A DNA stretch of 64,000 bases from Nitrosopumilus sp. (GCA_965206745.1 OZ242220.1:1600001-1664000), one strand, 5' to 3'; shown: positions 51,275 through 62,511, counted from the first letter of the stretch. A program made the numbers and translations. Notes: a model not told the origin generated them from the sequence alone.

Positions 51275-52689
51275 TGGAATCCGTCTTTGAATCAAGAACA
51301 CTAGACGAGATATATACCGAGATTCAGGAGGTGTATCTCGGCGATTCGAGACCCTGGATTCTAGGGTATAGTGGTGGCAAGGATTCCACATGCATGATAC
51401 AGATTATATGGACTGCACTATCAAAGCTACCAAAATCCAAACTGAATAAAAAAATCTACGTGATATCTTCAGATACTCTGGTTGAATCCCCAAAAATAGT
51501 AGAGACTGTGACTGACTCTCTTGAGCAGATGGAGATTTTTGCAAAAAAGTCGTCTATTCCACTTGAGACCAATCTTGTAAGACCAGTACTCAATGACACG
51601 TTCTGGGTGTGCATGATAGGAAAGGGATATCCTGCTCCATCAAACACATTTCGTTGGTGCACAGACAGATTAAAGATAAAGAGTGCAAACAAATTCATCG
51701 AAGACAGGGTATCTGAACACGGAGAAATCATCATGGCACTTGGAAGCAGAAAGGCAGAGAGCAGTACCAGAGCACATGTAATTGACACTCATCGAATCAA
51801 GGGCAGTCCTTTATCACATCACAACATGCTTCCACAGGCATTTATCTATGCCCCACTACAGGACTTTACCACAGAGGATGTCTGGAATTATCTTTTACAA
51901 AATACAGAGAATCAGTGGGGCAAGAATAATCGTGATCTTCTTGCAATGTACCGCGATGCAGATGCCGCTGAATGTCCTCTTGTAATTGATACTAATACTT
52001 CATCATGTGGAAACAGCAGGTTTGGATGCTGGGTGTGCACTGTGGTGGATCGTGACAAGTCAATGGAGAACATGATTGACAATGGCGAGGAATGGATGGA
52101 GCCACTTCTTGAGCTCAGACAGATACTAAAGGACACACAGGATCCAGAAAAAAAGAATGAGTTTCGTGACCTGAAGCACAGAAACGGGCACATCTTATTC
52201 TGGAATGATAGACTTGCATACGGCCCATACAAATTTGAGTTTTGTAAAAAGATACTAGAGGATCTTCTAAAGGCACAAGTTGCCGTCCGCAAAAACGGAC
52301 CGGATCCAAGCATTGCATTAATCCATGACGATGAGATTCATGAAATTCAGCGCATATGGAGGACAGAGCATGGAGACTGGAAAAATTCAGCATATGAGAT
52401 ATATCAGAAAATAACAGGGAGTGTGATTGCTCCAAAGAATGATGACTTGGGACCATTTGGTATCGTAGAACAATCAGAACTAGAGGCATCATGTAACAAG
52501 CACAGCGTCCCATACGAGCTTTTGGCTAGAGCACTGCAAGTGGAATTTGACATGCAAGGCATGACCAACAGGCAAAAAGTGCACAAGTCACTTGTAAAGA
52601 TCCTATCTGAGGAGTGGAGAGAAAATATGACTGATGCGGTACAAGATGTTGCAGATAAAAAACAAAAGATAAAGGAGATTTATGAATAA
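51271..52689 (+). CDS. dndC: DNA phosphorothioation sulfurtransferase DndC
   Basis: YSGGKDS PP-loop, RWCTDRLKI, ECP, CGNSRFGCWVCT. Confidence 0.95.
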   Translation: MMESVFESRTLDEIYTEIQEVYLGDSRPWILGYSGGKDSTCMIQIIWTALSKLPKSKLNKKIYVISSDTLVESPKIVETVTDSLEQMEIFAKKSSIPLETNLVRPVLNDTFWVCMIGKGYPAPSNTFRWCTDRLKIKSANKFIEDRVSEHGEIIMALGSRKAESSTRAHVIDTHRIKGSPLSHHNMLPQAFIYAPLQDFTTEDVWNYLLQNTENQWGKNNRDLLAMYRDADAAECPLVIDTNTSSCGNSRFGCWVCTVVDRDKSMENMIDNGEEWMEPLLELRQILKDTQDPEKKNEFRDLKHRNGHILFWNDRLAYGPYKFEFCKKILEDLLKAQVAVRKNGPDPSIALIHDDEIHEIQRIWRTEHGDWKNSAYEIYQKITGSVIAPKNDDLGPFGIVEQSELEASCNKHSVPYELLARALQVEFDMQGMTNRQKVHKSLVKILSEEWRENMTDAVQDVADKKQKIKEIYE

Positions 52690-54660
52690 TTGCTCCTTGA
52701 AAGACTATCCCTTGAGAATTATGGCTCTTATGCTGACAAGTCCGAGTTTGATTTGTCATCAACGCCTGACAAACCAATCGTCCTTGTAGGCGGACTCAAT
52801 GGCGCAGGAAAGACAACTCTCTTTGAATCACTCATGGTTGCACTGTATGGCAAGACATACCTTGGCAGAAGGGCTACAAAAAAAGAGTATATGGAATTTA
52901 TCTCTGAAAAGATGCACAGGCATGGGAATGTACGGGCAGACTCTGCATCAGTAGAGATTGCATTTAGATTCTATCACAATGGATGTGAAGACGGATATGT
53001 GGTGAATCGAAGCTGGACTCGAGACGGCGCATCTGTATCAGAATCCCTTTTGATACAAAAAAACGGCACTCCAATGAATGATCTTGATGAATCTCAGTGG
53101 CAGTCATTTATTGAAGGACTATTACCTTTGGGAATTGCGCAGTTGTTCTTTTTTGATGGTGAAAAAATAGTACGCATGACCCAATGGAATGATCCGGGCA
53201 ACGATGAGATACAGATATCCCTTGACATGCTGCTCGGGTCTGAATTGATCAATCGGCTTTACTCTGATCTTGATCTTTACATGGTGCGAAGACTGGGCAA
53301 GGCAGATGCAAATGGCGCAATGCAGGAAAAATACAATGAGATGAGCAGAGAAAAAGAATCCCTTGCTTCAGATATTGAAATTTTAAATGCAGAATGTGAG
53401 CAGAAAAATATCGAAATTCAAGAGGCAAACTCGATGGTGGCAAGCAAAGAATCCAAGATCATGGGGATAGGAGGCACCCTGGTAGACACACGCGAAAATC
53501 TGCTTACTCAAAAGGCAGTCCTTGAAGAAAAATTACGACATCAGGGCAAGACCATACAGGAGGAACTTGGGGAGGATGCACCGCTGTACCTTGCCACCGA
53601 AATGTTGCAGGATATAAAAAAACAGGTTGAATCTGACATGTCCATTACAAGCCAAAAGGCATCTGCGCATGCTGCAAAACACAAGATAGGCAAACTCAAG
53701 GACGAGATGGTCAAAGACGAGTTCTGGCCAAATGGCGTGGACGGTGCACTGTCAGATAAAATAATGCAGAGACTGGACAGCATGTTTGAGGCCCCAAGGG
53801 ATGATACCTTTTTTGACATGGCACCAAACGATGCTGCATGGATGCTAGATAAAATCTCCAAGCTGCCTGAAAAATACGACTCGCTATACCAGCAGATTAT
53901 AGAGTACGGCAAGACTGACACGCATTTTGAAAAGGTGGAATCTGATCTTGTACAGATTCCAAAGGATGACGAGATAGGTCCCAAGATATCTGAGATAAAC
54001 TCGCTGCATCAGGAGATTGGAATTTTAAAATCAGAGATTGCACACATCGAACAGCAGGTATCCTCCAAGCAGGCATATCAGAAGATACTTCAAAACAAGT
54101 TAAAGAAAATACTTGATGGCATCTACAAAAACAAAACCGCAGATGCAGGAATGAATCTTGCATCAAATATGCAGAGTGTACTAGATACGTATTCAAAGAA
54201 TCTGCGAGAGCGCAAGATACGTGATCTTGAATCCAATCTTCTCAATGCGACAAAGTCACTGCTACATAAAAAACACATTGATAGAATAGAGATTGACAGG
54301 ACTACATTTGAGATACGAGCGTATGCAAAAGATGACGAGAGTCCCCTAAAGTTGCCATCAATGGGAGAGCGACAGATGGTTGGAACAGCATTGTTGTGGG
54401 CAATCGCTAAAACCAGCGGACGCTCCCTGCCTTTTGTTATTGATACTCCACTAGGACGACTAGACGGCAAGCATCTCTCAAATCTGATGAGCAAGTTCTA
54501 TCCATTTGCATCACACCAGCTGATTCTGCTATCCACAGACAGGGAGATAGGGGGGAAAGAATACGCGGAACTAGAGCCATACACGTCTCGTTCCTATCAG
54601 ATAGCATGCGATGAGAGCAAATCCGTCACCACTGTAACTAGAGGATACTTTGGAGAGTAG
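52690..54660 (+). CDS. dndD: DNA sulfur modification ATPase DndD
   Basis: GLNGAGKTT, FFFDGE, coiled coil, SMGERQ, IDTPLGRLD, STD. Confidence 0.95.
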   Translation: MLLERLSLENYGSYADKSEFDLSSTPDKPIVLVGGLNGAGKTTLFESLMVALYGKTYLGRRATKKEYMEFISEKMHRHGNVRADSASVEIAFRFYHNGCEDGYVVNRSWTRDGASVSESLLIQKNGTPMNDLDESQWQSFIEGLLPLGIAQLFFFDGEKIVRMTQWNDPGNDEIQISLDMLLGSELINRLYSDLDLYMVRRLGKADANGAMQEKYNEMSREKESLASDIEILNAECEQKNIEIQEANSMVASKESKIMGIGGTLVDTRENLLTQKAVLEEKLRHQGKTIQEELGEDAPLYLATEMLQDIKKQVESDMSITSQKASAHAAKHKIGKLKDEMVKDEFWPNGVDGALSDKIMQRLDSMFEAPRDDTFFDMAPNDAAWMLDKISKLPEKYDSLYQQIIEYGKTDTHFEKVESDLVQIPKDDEIGPKISEINSLHQEIGILKSEIAHIEQQVSSKQAYQKILQNKLKKILDGIYKNKTADAGMNLASNMQSVLDTYSKNLRERKIRDLESNLLNATKSLLHKKHIDRIEIDRTTFEIRAYAKDDESPLKLPSMGERQMVGTALLWAIAKTSGRSLPFVIDTPLGRLDGKHLSNLMSKFYPFASHQLILLSTDREIGGKEYAELEPYTSRSYQIACDESKSVTTVTRGYFGE

Positions 54661-54662
54661 GA

Positions 54663-55034
54663 TTGAATAGATTAGACAAGCTGCGACTGTCAATTCGGGC
54701 CCAAAACCACCTAGGTCAGTTAAAGCACAGGACGGGACTGCCAATTAACGTACTTGCAAGATTTGGCATGTGCATGTCCTTGAAGGATTCCAGCATGCCC
54801 AATTCTGACATGTATGATGAGAAGGGCATGGAGTTGATGCCGCATATACTGTTTGGAAAAAATGAACTGATATTTGCTGCAATGTTTCAACACAGATTAA
54901 AAAAAGACGGTTTGGATTATGACCGATATGCCAATAGCATGATACGTGCACACGTGAACCGTGGCGCAAGCATGCTTTTTCCACGAATAGACAGGCTAGA
55001 GGACTTTGCAAAGCTTTTGGAGACAAGAACATGA
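54663..55034 (+). CDS. dndE: DNA sulfur modification protein DndE
   Basis: LK.RTGLP.NVLAR.G.C.SL..E..LFG..AHVNRG. Confidence 0.9.
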   Translation: MNRLDKLRLSIRAQNHLGQLKHRTGLPINVLARFGMCMSLKDSSMPNSDMYDEKGMELMPHILFGKNELIFAAMFQHRLKKDGLDYDRYANSMIRAHVNRGASMLFPRIDRLEDFAKLLETRT

Positions 55035-55770
55035 CGATGAGTGCAAATATCAGAAATTTTGTAGAAACATGTGAAATTAATTCTCTTATAGGCACAGATA
55101 GAAATCTCAGTTTTGTAATTAGGGAGAATGATAACGACGATCAAAGTCTGCTCTATGATGAAGTTAAATCATATTTTTATTCAAATGAGACTAATTATAT
55201 TTCAATGAATATGGGTGAAACAAACGAATGTGATTTAGATTTCATATTTGCTGATGGCTGCACATATGGTCATCTTAAATCAGCAAATTCAAAAGTACGA
55301 AAAAAAATGGATGCTGAGTATTCAAGAGTTCTAAATGATAAACCCAAAGAAGAACTAGACAGCATACTTGATGTATTGAATAGAGATTTTCGACAGATAC
55401 CACATTTATCTAGTGAATTAAAGATATCTGATAAAATTGATTATCCGCAAGAGTATGGACCAATGTATCTCTTAAAACTACCTCATTGATGTGCATAGCA
55501 CTGTTATTTATCAGAAAAATAACTGAATGTGATTCACCGTTTATAGTTCAGGGGGCTTGGTTCAATAGATTAGATGTAAAAGCACGATATGAACTATGCA
55601 AGCTTTTGGCATATCATACAAAACAGACTATTATTTTTACTAATAGATATATCATTGACAAACCATATGAATGTGGGACAGACAAATCATTGCAAGATGC
55701 TCTTCGACATGACGGTGTGTTGGGAAATGTTGATTTTGAAAAAGGAATTATGAAGAATGACACAGATTAA
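55031..55770 (+). pseudogene. Split, catalytically degenerate ABC/DndD-like head domain (ORFs 55031..55489 and 55486..55770)
   Basis: IRNF..NLSFVIRENDNDDQSLLYDEV..FY matches the Walker-A region layout without GKT; DFIFADG resembles FFFDGE; SPFIVQGAWFNRLD resembles PFVIDTPLGRLD. Confidence 0.45.
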
Positions 55771-56920
55771 ATTCCCAATCTATCTTGATCATCATGCTAC
55801 AACACCTTTAGATCCTCAAGTGTTAGAAGAGATGATGCCATATTTGACTGAAAAGTTTGGTAATGCATCTAGTCTGGATCATCCTTTTGGATATGATGCA
55901 TCAGTTGCAGTTGAATCTGCAAGAGAAAAGATTGCAAATGCAATTGGTGCAAGACATGATGAGATTGTTTTTACATCAGGAGCTACAGAGTCAGACAACA
56001 TTGCACTGATTGGTACAATGGAAAAATACAAGGACAAAGGCAATCACATCATTACCTGTACAACTGAGCACAAGGCTGTTTTAGATACCGTAAAACATCT
56101 TGAAAATTTGGGGAAAAAAGCTACCTATCTTCCTGTCAATGAATATGGCCAGATTAATCTTGAAGAACTAAAAGAATCCATCACAGATGAGACTGTCATG
56201 ATATCTGTCATGGCAGCCAATAACGAGATCGGAACAATACATGATATCGCAGAGATTGGAAAGATTGCACACAAGCATGACGTGTATTTTCATACTGATG
56301 CTGCACAAGCTGTAGGTCACATTCCAGTTGATGTTAATGCGATGAACATTGATTTGATGTCATTTTCTGCTCACAAAATGTACGGTCCTAAGGGGATTGG
56401 AGCACTGTATGTTCGCGGAATAAACCCGCGAGTGAGGCCCAATTCCATCATGTATGGCGGAGGTCAGGAGCGAAACATTCGTTCTGGAACTCTAAACGTT
56501 CCTGGAATTGTTGGATTTGGAAAAGCAGCAGAGATTGGAATAAAAAAGATGGAGTCAGAAAATAAAAGATTCAAAGAGTGGACAGACAGGATGCTTGAAT
56601 CATTCCAGTCTGCAGGCGGTAGACTCAATGGAGATAGGGAAAACAGATTATCTTACAATCTCAATATCTATTTTCCAGGCGTTCAAAGCAAGGCAATAAT
56701 TAATTCCGTATCCAAAGAGATTGCAATATCTGCAGGCTCTGCATGTACCAGTGATGCTGTTGAACCATCTCATGTATTGCTTGCGTTGGGTTTTGATGAG
56801 GAACATGCACATTCCTCCATACGAATAGGACTGGGGCGATTCAATACGGAGGAAGATGTTGATTTTTGCATCAAAAAGATATCAAAATCAGTGGAATCCC
56901 TCAAAGGCATTACTGCATGA
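55757..56920 (+). CDS. dndA: Cysteine desulfurase DndA (IscS-like)
   Basis: YLDHHATTP, FTSGATE, HTDAAQ, SAHK (PLP Lys), SAGSAC; located in dnd operon. Confidence 0.92.
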   Translation: MTQIKFPIYLDHHATTPLDPQVLEEMMPYLTEKFGNASSLDHPFGYDASVAVESAREKIANAIGARHDEIVFTSGATESDNIALIGTMEKYKDKGNHIITCTTEHKAVLDTVKHLENLGKKATYLPVNEYGQINLEELKESITDETVMISVMAANNEIGTIHDIAEIGKIAHKHDVYFHTDAAQAVGHIPVDVNAMNIDLMSFSAHKMYGPKGIGALYVRGINPRVRPNSIMYGGGQERNIRSGTLNVPGIVGFGKAAEIGIKKMESENKRFKEWTDRMLESFQSAGGRLNGDRENRLSYNLNIYFPGVQSKAIINSVSKEIAISAGSACTSDAVEPSHVLLALGFDEEHAHSSIRIGLGRFNTEEDVDFCIKKISKSVESLKGITA

Positions 56921-57105
56921 TTGTAATAAATCCCAATAGACTAGCATCAAACTCACATGTATGCTGATGGATATGTGGATATAGACATGAAAATTCTTCA
57001 ATTTGTGTTGTTCATTCCAGAGGATCCATAGTATAGACACATTGGTGGATTTAACAATGAATCCCTAAAAGTTAACAGCATCCTAATTCCTTAAATAATT
57101 ACATC

Positions 57106-58881
57106 ATGACACGTACCATGACTAAATCTGAAAATATTCAAATTAGATTCACAGATAGAAGTAAGGTCAAAGACAAACTTCGAAAATCACAATTTGATGA
57201 CAAAATAACATTTGATTTGACAATTACAGCCTTTGAACTGTTCTCTAAAATCAAAGAAAGTAAACTCTCCATCATTTCTTCAATAAAATCAAACAAGGCA
57301 ATCGAGTTATATGATCATCAGATTTTTGCAGCAATGAAAGTAAAAAATGAGTTAGGAGGTTCAGCAATATTAGCTGATGAGGTTGGTCTTGGGAAAACTA
57401 TGGAGGCAGGAATCATTTTGAAAGAATTTCTAATTTCAGGCCTTGCAAAAAACATCTTGATACTGGTTCCTCCTTCCCTTGTTTACCAATGGCAGGATGA
57501 ATTACAATCAAAGTTCAATCTCAACTTTATACAGAAAGATGATCCAAATTTCCAAGATCCTGCAAGTCATGAATTGCTGATATTTTCACACAGTTCAGCC
57601 ACATCGCCTGCAAAGAAAGAATTGTTGATGAGGCGAAATTGGGATATGATTATTGTTGATGAGGCGCACAGTATGAAAAATGCATCCACTCAAAAACATC
57701 AGTTGTTAAAAGAATTATCACGAAAATTTACACTATTTCTTTCTGCAACACCCATCCAGAATAATCTCTTAGAACTGTATAACTTGGTTGAATTACTAAA
57801 GCCTGGAACTTTTGGCACCGTGTCTGAGTTTAAAACTAGATATGCGGATGATTCACAAATGCGCAGAGTGAATCCGTTTTTCAAGGAAGAATTACAAATA
57901 AAACTGTCAAAAATAATCATCAGAACAACAAGACAGCAAGTAAAAAAATACATTACTTTCACAGATAGAATTGCACATACCAAGATCCTCAAACCTACTG
58001 ATGATGAACGTGACTTGTATGATAGAATTACAAATAAGATCCGTAACTTTTATGATTCTGGATATGATATTCTATATCTCATGGTAATACAGAGATTGAT
58101 ATCTAGTAGTAATGAATCCACCAAACAAGCTTTATTCAAGATGTTAAAATCAAAGATAATTGATGAAAATAATTATGCAGAATTAATGGAAATTGCAAAC
58201 AGGATAAAAATGGATACCAAGGCAAGTGATCTTTTAGACGTAATCAAGAGGGATAAATATTCGAAATTTCTAATATTTACAGAGTACCATGTGACACAGG
58301 ATTATCTGGCTAGAGTATTTGCAAAAAATGGATATTCTGTAACTTTGTTTAACGGGAAAATGAATCTTACAGAGCGAGCCGAATCTGTTGAAAAATTCAG
58401 AGACAAATCACAAATTATGATTTCAACAGGAGCAGGTGGTGAAGGACAGAATTTTCAATTTTGTCATAACGTTGTCAATTATGATCTTCCATGGAATCCG
58501 ATGAGGGTAGAACAAAGAGTTGGAAGAGTGCATCGGATAGGACAAAAAAATAACGTGAATATATACAATTATGCCTATGAAAACACGATTGACGCACACA
58601 TTCTGCAGCTGCTTTATATAAAAATTAAATTATTTACTATGGCCATTGGACATCTGGATTTACTGTTTGAAGATGTTACAGATGAGAAAACAGGAACACA
58701 TTTTTTTAAAGAATACATGACTGCAAAAAACGAAAAAGACTTGAAAAATAAATTCTCAACGATGGGAGATGGTTTTAAAAATAGAAAAGAAGATCTTGCC
58801 AATGCCATAGAACAATTCAATCAAGAAGTTTTTGATAATTTTTCGTTATCACCAATTGAGAATGGAAATGTCATTGATTGA
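57106..58881 (+). CDS. SNF2-family helicase (YqhH/HepA-like)
   Basis: LADEVGLGKT, DEAH, SATPIQN, GGEGQNFQ, WNPMRVEQRVGRVHRIGQ. Confidence 0.9.
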   Translation: MTRTMTKSENIQIRFTDRSKVKDKLRKSQFDDKITFDLTITAFELFSKIKESKLSIISSIKSNKAIELYDHQIFAAMKVKNELGGSAILADEVGLGKTMEAGIILKEFLISGLAKNILILVPPSLVYQWQDELQSKFNLNFIQKDDPNFQDPASHELLIFSHSSATSPAKKELLMRRNWDMIIVDEAHSMKNASTQKHQLLKELSRKFTLFLSATPIQNNLLELYNLVELLKPGTFGTVSEFKTRYADDSQMRRVNPFFKEELQIKLSKIIIRTTRQQVKKYITFTDRIAHTKILKPTDDERDLYDRITNKIRNFYDSGYDILYLMVIQRLISSSNESTKQALFKMLKSKIIDENNYAELMEIANRIKMDTKASDLLDVIKRDKYSKFLIFTEYHVTQDYLARVFAKNGYSVTLFNGKMNLTERAESVEKFRDKSQIMISTGAGGEGQNFQFCHNVVNYDLPWNPMRVEQRVGRVHRIGQKNNVNIYNYAYENTIDAHILQLLYIKIKLFTMAIGHLDLLFEDVTDEKTGTHFFKEYMTAKNEKDLKNKFSTMGDGFKNRKEDLANAIEQFNQEVFDNFSLSPIENGNVID

Positions 58882-59641
58882 AGATCAGATAAATTCACTT
58901 GTCTTAGGATATTTCTCTAAAATTAATGCAAATGTTATAGAGAAAAACGGATTATTTGATGTTGAAATTCCTAAAGAATATTCAAAAATGTTTGGGACAA
59001 CCAAGTTAAAAATTACATTTGATACAAAACTTTCAGGTTTCGATGACTATGTGTTGATATCTCCTGGAAGTGATATTCTGCTGTCTATTCTAAGACTCGC
59101 TCTAGATTTTGGTCCTGTTACAAGTGTCAGATTAAATTCAACGAAGCACGGTTCAAGAATTATAAGGTTTTATTTTTATGTATTATTCGAGTCAGTGCAA
59201 TCCAAGACCAAATTAGTGCATGTGGATGTTAATGTAAATGATAAAAAGATTACAGTGATTGATGATTCTGAAATTAATTTTGATGAATCCAACTTGAATA
59301 TCAAAATCCAACCTGAGATTATTGATGATTGTTATGTTGAATCTATAACATATTTGGAACAAAGTTTATTCAAATCAGATATAATTAATTTTAAAAATCA
59401 TATATTACATCTCAAACAAGAAGAATTGGACAATATCATTTTGGAATATGAAAAACGTAGGAAGGAAATTCAAGATCAATTTATTATTTTAAGAAGTAAG
59501 GGAAAATCTGGAATTGCACTTGAAAGTCTTATTGATAAAAATCAAATCATACGTAATGAAGAAATCCATATACGAGAAAATTTGGATAAAAAATATGCTG
59601 TGGTAATAGATTTTGCACTAATCGCATCTTTGATAATTTAA
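58868..59641 (+). CDS. Helicase partner, YqhG-like
   Basis: Overlaps helicase stop; LKITFD..ISPGS.IL..I pattern and C-terminal coiled coil, as in partners of YqhH-type SNF2 helicases. Confidence 0.55.
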   Translation: MSLIEDQINSLVLGYFSKINANVIEKNGLFDVEIPKEYSKMFGTTKLKITFDTKLSGFDDYVLISPGSDILLSILRLALDFGPVTSVRLNSTKHGSRIIRFYFYVLFESVQSKTKLVHVDVNVNDKKITVIDDSEINFDESNLNIKIQPEIIDDCYVESITYLEQSLFKSDIINFKNHILHLKQEELDNIILEYEKRRKEIQDQFIILRSKGKSGIALESLIDKNQIIRNEEIHIRENLDKKYAVVIDFALIASLII

Positions 59642-59679
59642 CACAAAGAACATATACCTATTTCTTTGAAGAGGCAATA

Positions 59680-60615
59680 TTGCCATCTAATTCTAACAAA
59701 TTCAAAAAATTTGATTATATTGAACTTGACAAATTGTATGTTGGCTTGAGTAATGTTCGAATAGAAAATGCAACCAATGAGGAAGAATTACTAATTCTTG
59801 CAGAACATATTGGAAAACACGGATTACTAGAACCCATTGTTGTTTTTGCAGTAAATGAACTTGATGAAGAACATCCATTATATGAAAGTAGAAAAGCCAA
59901 GAAGGATCAATATGAAATTTTAGCTGGTCAACGAAGATGGAATGCATTTAGGATACTAAACGAAGAAAATCCAAATGAAGGATGGGATAAAATTCCTTGT
60001 CACATAAGAGAATCTCCTGATGATGATGTTGATGCAAAAGCAATTTCACTTGGTGAAGGATTAACTCAACTTCCATATACACTGGCCGATATTATTGATG
60101 CCTGTGATGCACTCTTCAAAAAATACAATGATCCCAAAATTGTTGCAAGAAAGACGGGCATTTCAACAACTCTCGTAAACAAATATGTCAAATTTGCAAG
60201 ATTACCAAAATTCATTCAGGAAAATTTGGGGGCAATTCATAGAAACCCTAAAACTGCTGTACAGTTAGGTGTGGAAGCAGCAGATGCATTAGCATGGTCT
60301 CCAGATAATGAGGTTCCGGAGAATAAAGTATATGACCTTGCAATAAAATTGGGAGAAAAGAAAAAGAAATCTCAGGAAGATTATAAAAAATTCAAACAAG
60401 CAGCTGAAGAAAACCCCAAACTGAAATTAAATGAAATTGAAGAAGAATCATTAAAAATTATGTCTCCAAAAAAATACACCGTTATTCTTGATGCAAAAAT
60501 TGCCACACGCCTAGATACTGCAGCTGAAAAAAGTGGACGAGATGCAGGAGAGGAAGCATCTAACATTATTGAAACTGAATTAAATCGTAGAGAAGGACAT
60601 TCTTCAGAAGAATAA
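59680..60615 (+). CDS. ParB/Srx CTPase-domain protein with HTH
   Basis: NVR..GLLEPIVV..YEILAGQRRWNA..IPC; HTH PKIVARKTGISTTLV. Confidence 0.85.
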   Translation: MPSNSNKFKKFDYIELDKLYVGLSNVRIENATNEEELLILAEHIGKHGLLEPIVVFAVNELDEEHPLYESRKAKKDQYEILAGQRRWNAFRILNEENPNEGWDKIPCHIRESPDDDVDAKAISLGEGLTQLPYTLADIIDACDALFKKYNDPKIVARKTGISTTLVNKYVKFARLPKFIQENLGAIHRNPKTAVQLGVEAADALAWSPDNEVPENKVYDLAIKLGEKKKKSQEDYKKFKQAAEENPKLKLNEIEEESLKIMSPKKYTVILDAKIATRLDTAAEKSGRDAGEEASNIIETELNRREGHSSEE

Positions 60616-60623
60616 TCTTCAAC

Positions 60624-61421
60624 ATGGTTGAAAAGATTTTAGATGATTTGGATACCTATTCAGATCTTTTGTTAAGTATTGGAACTCATAATACGGATAG
60701 GCCTTTTACTCCTATTGAGGTCTCAGATCTTCTTTTGAGACTAAAGAAAGAAACAGGGGATTCATTGGAGCAATTATCAAAAAGAGTAGGATTGGGTAAA
60801 AAACGCAAAAAATCAACAGTTGATAAACAAATAGATACCAGCCAAATAAAATTATTTGAAAAACTACAAAATCTGTCTAGAAGAAATGCATACATGCTTG
60901 GATGGGGAGTCTCAAAGGATGGGAAAATCTCAATGACTATTGGATGTGATATTGCAACAATACCCAACAAAGACGAACAAGATATTATTTTAAACACGAT
61001 TCTTCAAAGTTTAGATACAAACAAACCTATACGTAAAAATGACGTAAAAAACATCATCAATAGAAAAACCAAGTCTCCCGATACTCCTATAGAAGGAATC
61101 ATCCAACATGTCATGGATATTAAACCTATAATAGAACTATTTTGGAAAATTGGGATTACACCTGAAAATGATTTCCTTGATAAATTTAGGCAAAAATCAT
61201 CTAATGAAAAAATCATTCCATCAGAACTATTAAGAAAGTTGTTGGAAAGAAAGATAGAAAAAGATATGATAAAATCCATATCCATTTCAAACAATAATTT
61301 GATTTGGATTACATTAGATGAAAATAATTTTAAAGAATTAGAGAAGGAATGGAAGTCTAGAAAAATTCCAGTGACTAGTTTTTTCAACAAAATTTTAAAC
61401 GAGGAAATTCAAATTGAATGA
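60624..61421 (+). CDS. ParB-HTH-like protein lacking the CTPase domain
   Basis: FTPIEVSDLLLRLKKETGDSLEQLSKRVGLG..L..L...GKISMT.G..IA resembles ParB central domain. Confidence 0.5.
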   Translation: MVEKILDDLDTYSDLLLSIGTHNTDRPFTPIEVSDLLLRLKKETGDSLEQLSKRVGLGKKRKKSTVDKQIDTSQIKLFEKLQNLSRRNAYMLGWGVSKDGKISMTIGCDIATIPNKDEQDIILNTILQSLDTNKPIRKNDVKNIINRKTKSPDTPIEGIIQHVMDIKPIIELFWKIGITPENDFLDKFRQKSSNEKIIPSELLRKLLERKIEKDMIKSISISNNNLIWITLDENNFKELEKEWKSRKIPVTSFFNKILNEEIQIE

Positions 61422-62511
61422 TTTAAGCCAATTGGCAAAAATTCATTGTGATATAATGAGTCCAAGGACAGAAGATGGGGTTCCCAAAGATCAAGCAATT
61501 TTACTTGGCAATTCCATAGTTTGTGATGGATATGTAACTGGAAAAACCACAGCTATTTTTACACATTTTCATGATGATCATACATGGAATTTTAATAGTG
61601 CATTAAGAAATTGTCATAACATTTTGCTAACAGAAGCTACCTATAGATCTCTTCAGGCGTTACAGAAATTTCCTGAACGGCCTGCTATTCAGATATTATC
61701 ATACAATTCATCATTTACAACCACAACTGGAGAAATAATAGAATTAATTAATGCAAATCATGTTCCAGGTTCCTCCCAGGTATTAGTAACAATGGAAGAA
61801 ACTAATCAAAAAATTCTCTATTCAGGAGACTTTTCATTTCCAGACATATCTGCCCCAAAAGCAGACGTGTTGGTTTTGGATGGAACTCATGGAATTCCAC
61901 TTTATGATTTTAATACGGATAAGCAATCTATTCTAAGACGTATCTTTGACGAGGTTTGTCATCAAATTGAAAATGATCGCCCTGTGGAAATTCTAACCCA
62001 TCGTGGCACGATGCAAGACATCATGGCACATCTATCAAAACAAGAAAATGGGAATTTTATCGCAGACGATATTCCATTTTTGGCAGAACCAAATGATGTT
62101 GCTCTTACTGACGCGCTGAGATATACTTATGATGCAAATATTAGAGAAGTTGAGATCTCAACAAATAGCAGATTAAATGAGTTATACAATGAGCAAAACA
62201 AACCATACATACGATTTGCAAGACCAGGTCATGGTTCAATGCAGCAAGAACGGGCTCAAACAATACAGATAGATGTTAATCCAAATTATAAGACTAAGGG
62301 TCCGTTTTGGACTGATAAAAATGGGAAAATCTATGCCTGTTTAGCCGCTCATGCAGATTATGGAAATATTCTAAAATATGTAAAATCAGTAGATCCGAAA
62401 CATGTTATTGTAGACGGAACAAGAGCTAATTCTGATGATTCAAAAGATCTTGCAAATGCAATTAGTAAAGAATTTGGAATTACGTGTTTTATGAATCATT
62501 GTAAATCATGA
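61414..62511 (+). CDS. Metallo-beta-lactamase / beta-CASP nuclease (SNM1-like)
   Basis: THFHDDH, ANHVPGS, YSGD, LDGTHG, AAHAD. Confidence 0.8.
   Translation: MNDLSQLAKIHCDIMSPRTEDGVPKDQAILLGNSIVCDGYVTGKTTAIFTHFHDDHTWNFNSALRNCHNILLTEATYRSLQALQKFPERPAIQILSYNSSFTTTTGEIIELINANHVPGSSQVLVTMEETNQKILYSGDFSFPDISAPKADVLVLDGTHGIPLYDFNTDKQSILRRIFDEVCHQIENDRPVEILTHRGTMQDIMAHLSKQENGNFIADDIPFLAEPNDVALTDALRYTYDANIREVEISTNSRLNELYNEQNKPYIRFARPGHGSMQQERAQTIQIDVNPNYKTKGPFWTDKNGKIYACLAAHADYGNILKYVKSVDPKHVIVDGTRANSDDSKDLANAISKEFGITCFMNHCKS

Noticed and set aside
57106-61421. PbeABCD or DndFGH
   Set aside because: Helicase lacks a PLD domain, no AAA/DndH-type ATPase follows, and downstream genes are ParB-like
59680-61421. 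Classical ParABS partition cassette
   Set aside because: No ParA/Soj Walker ATPase nearby
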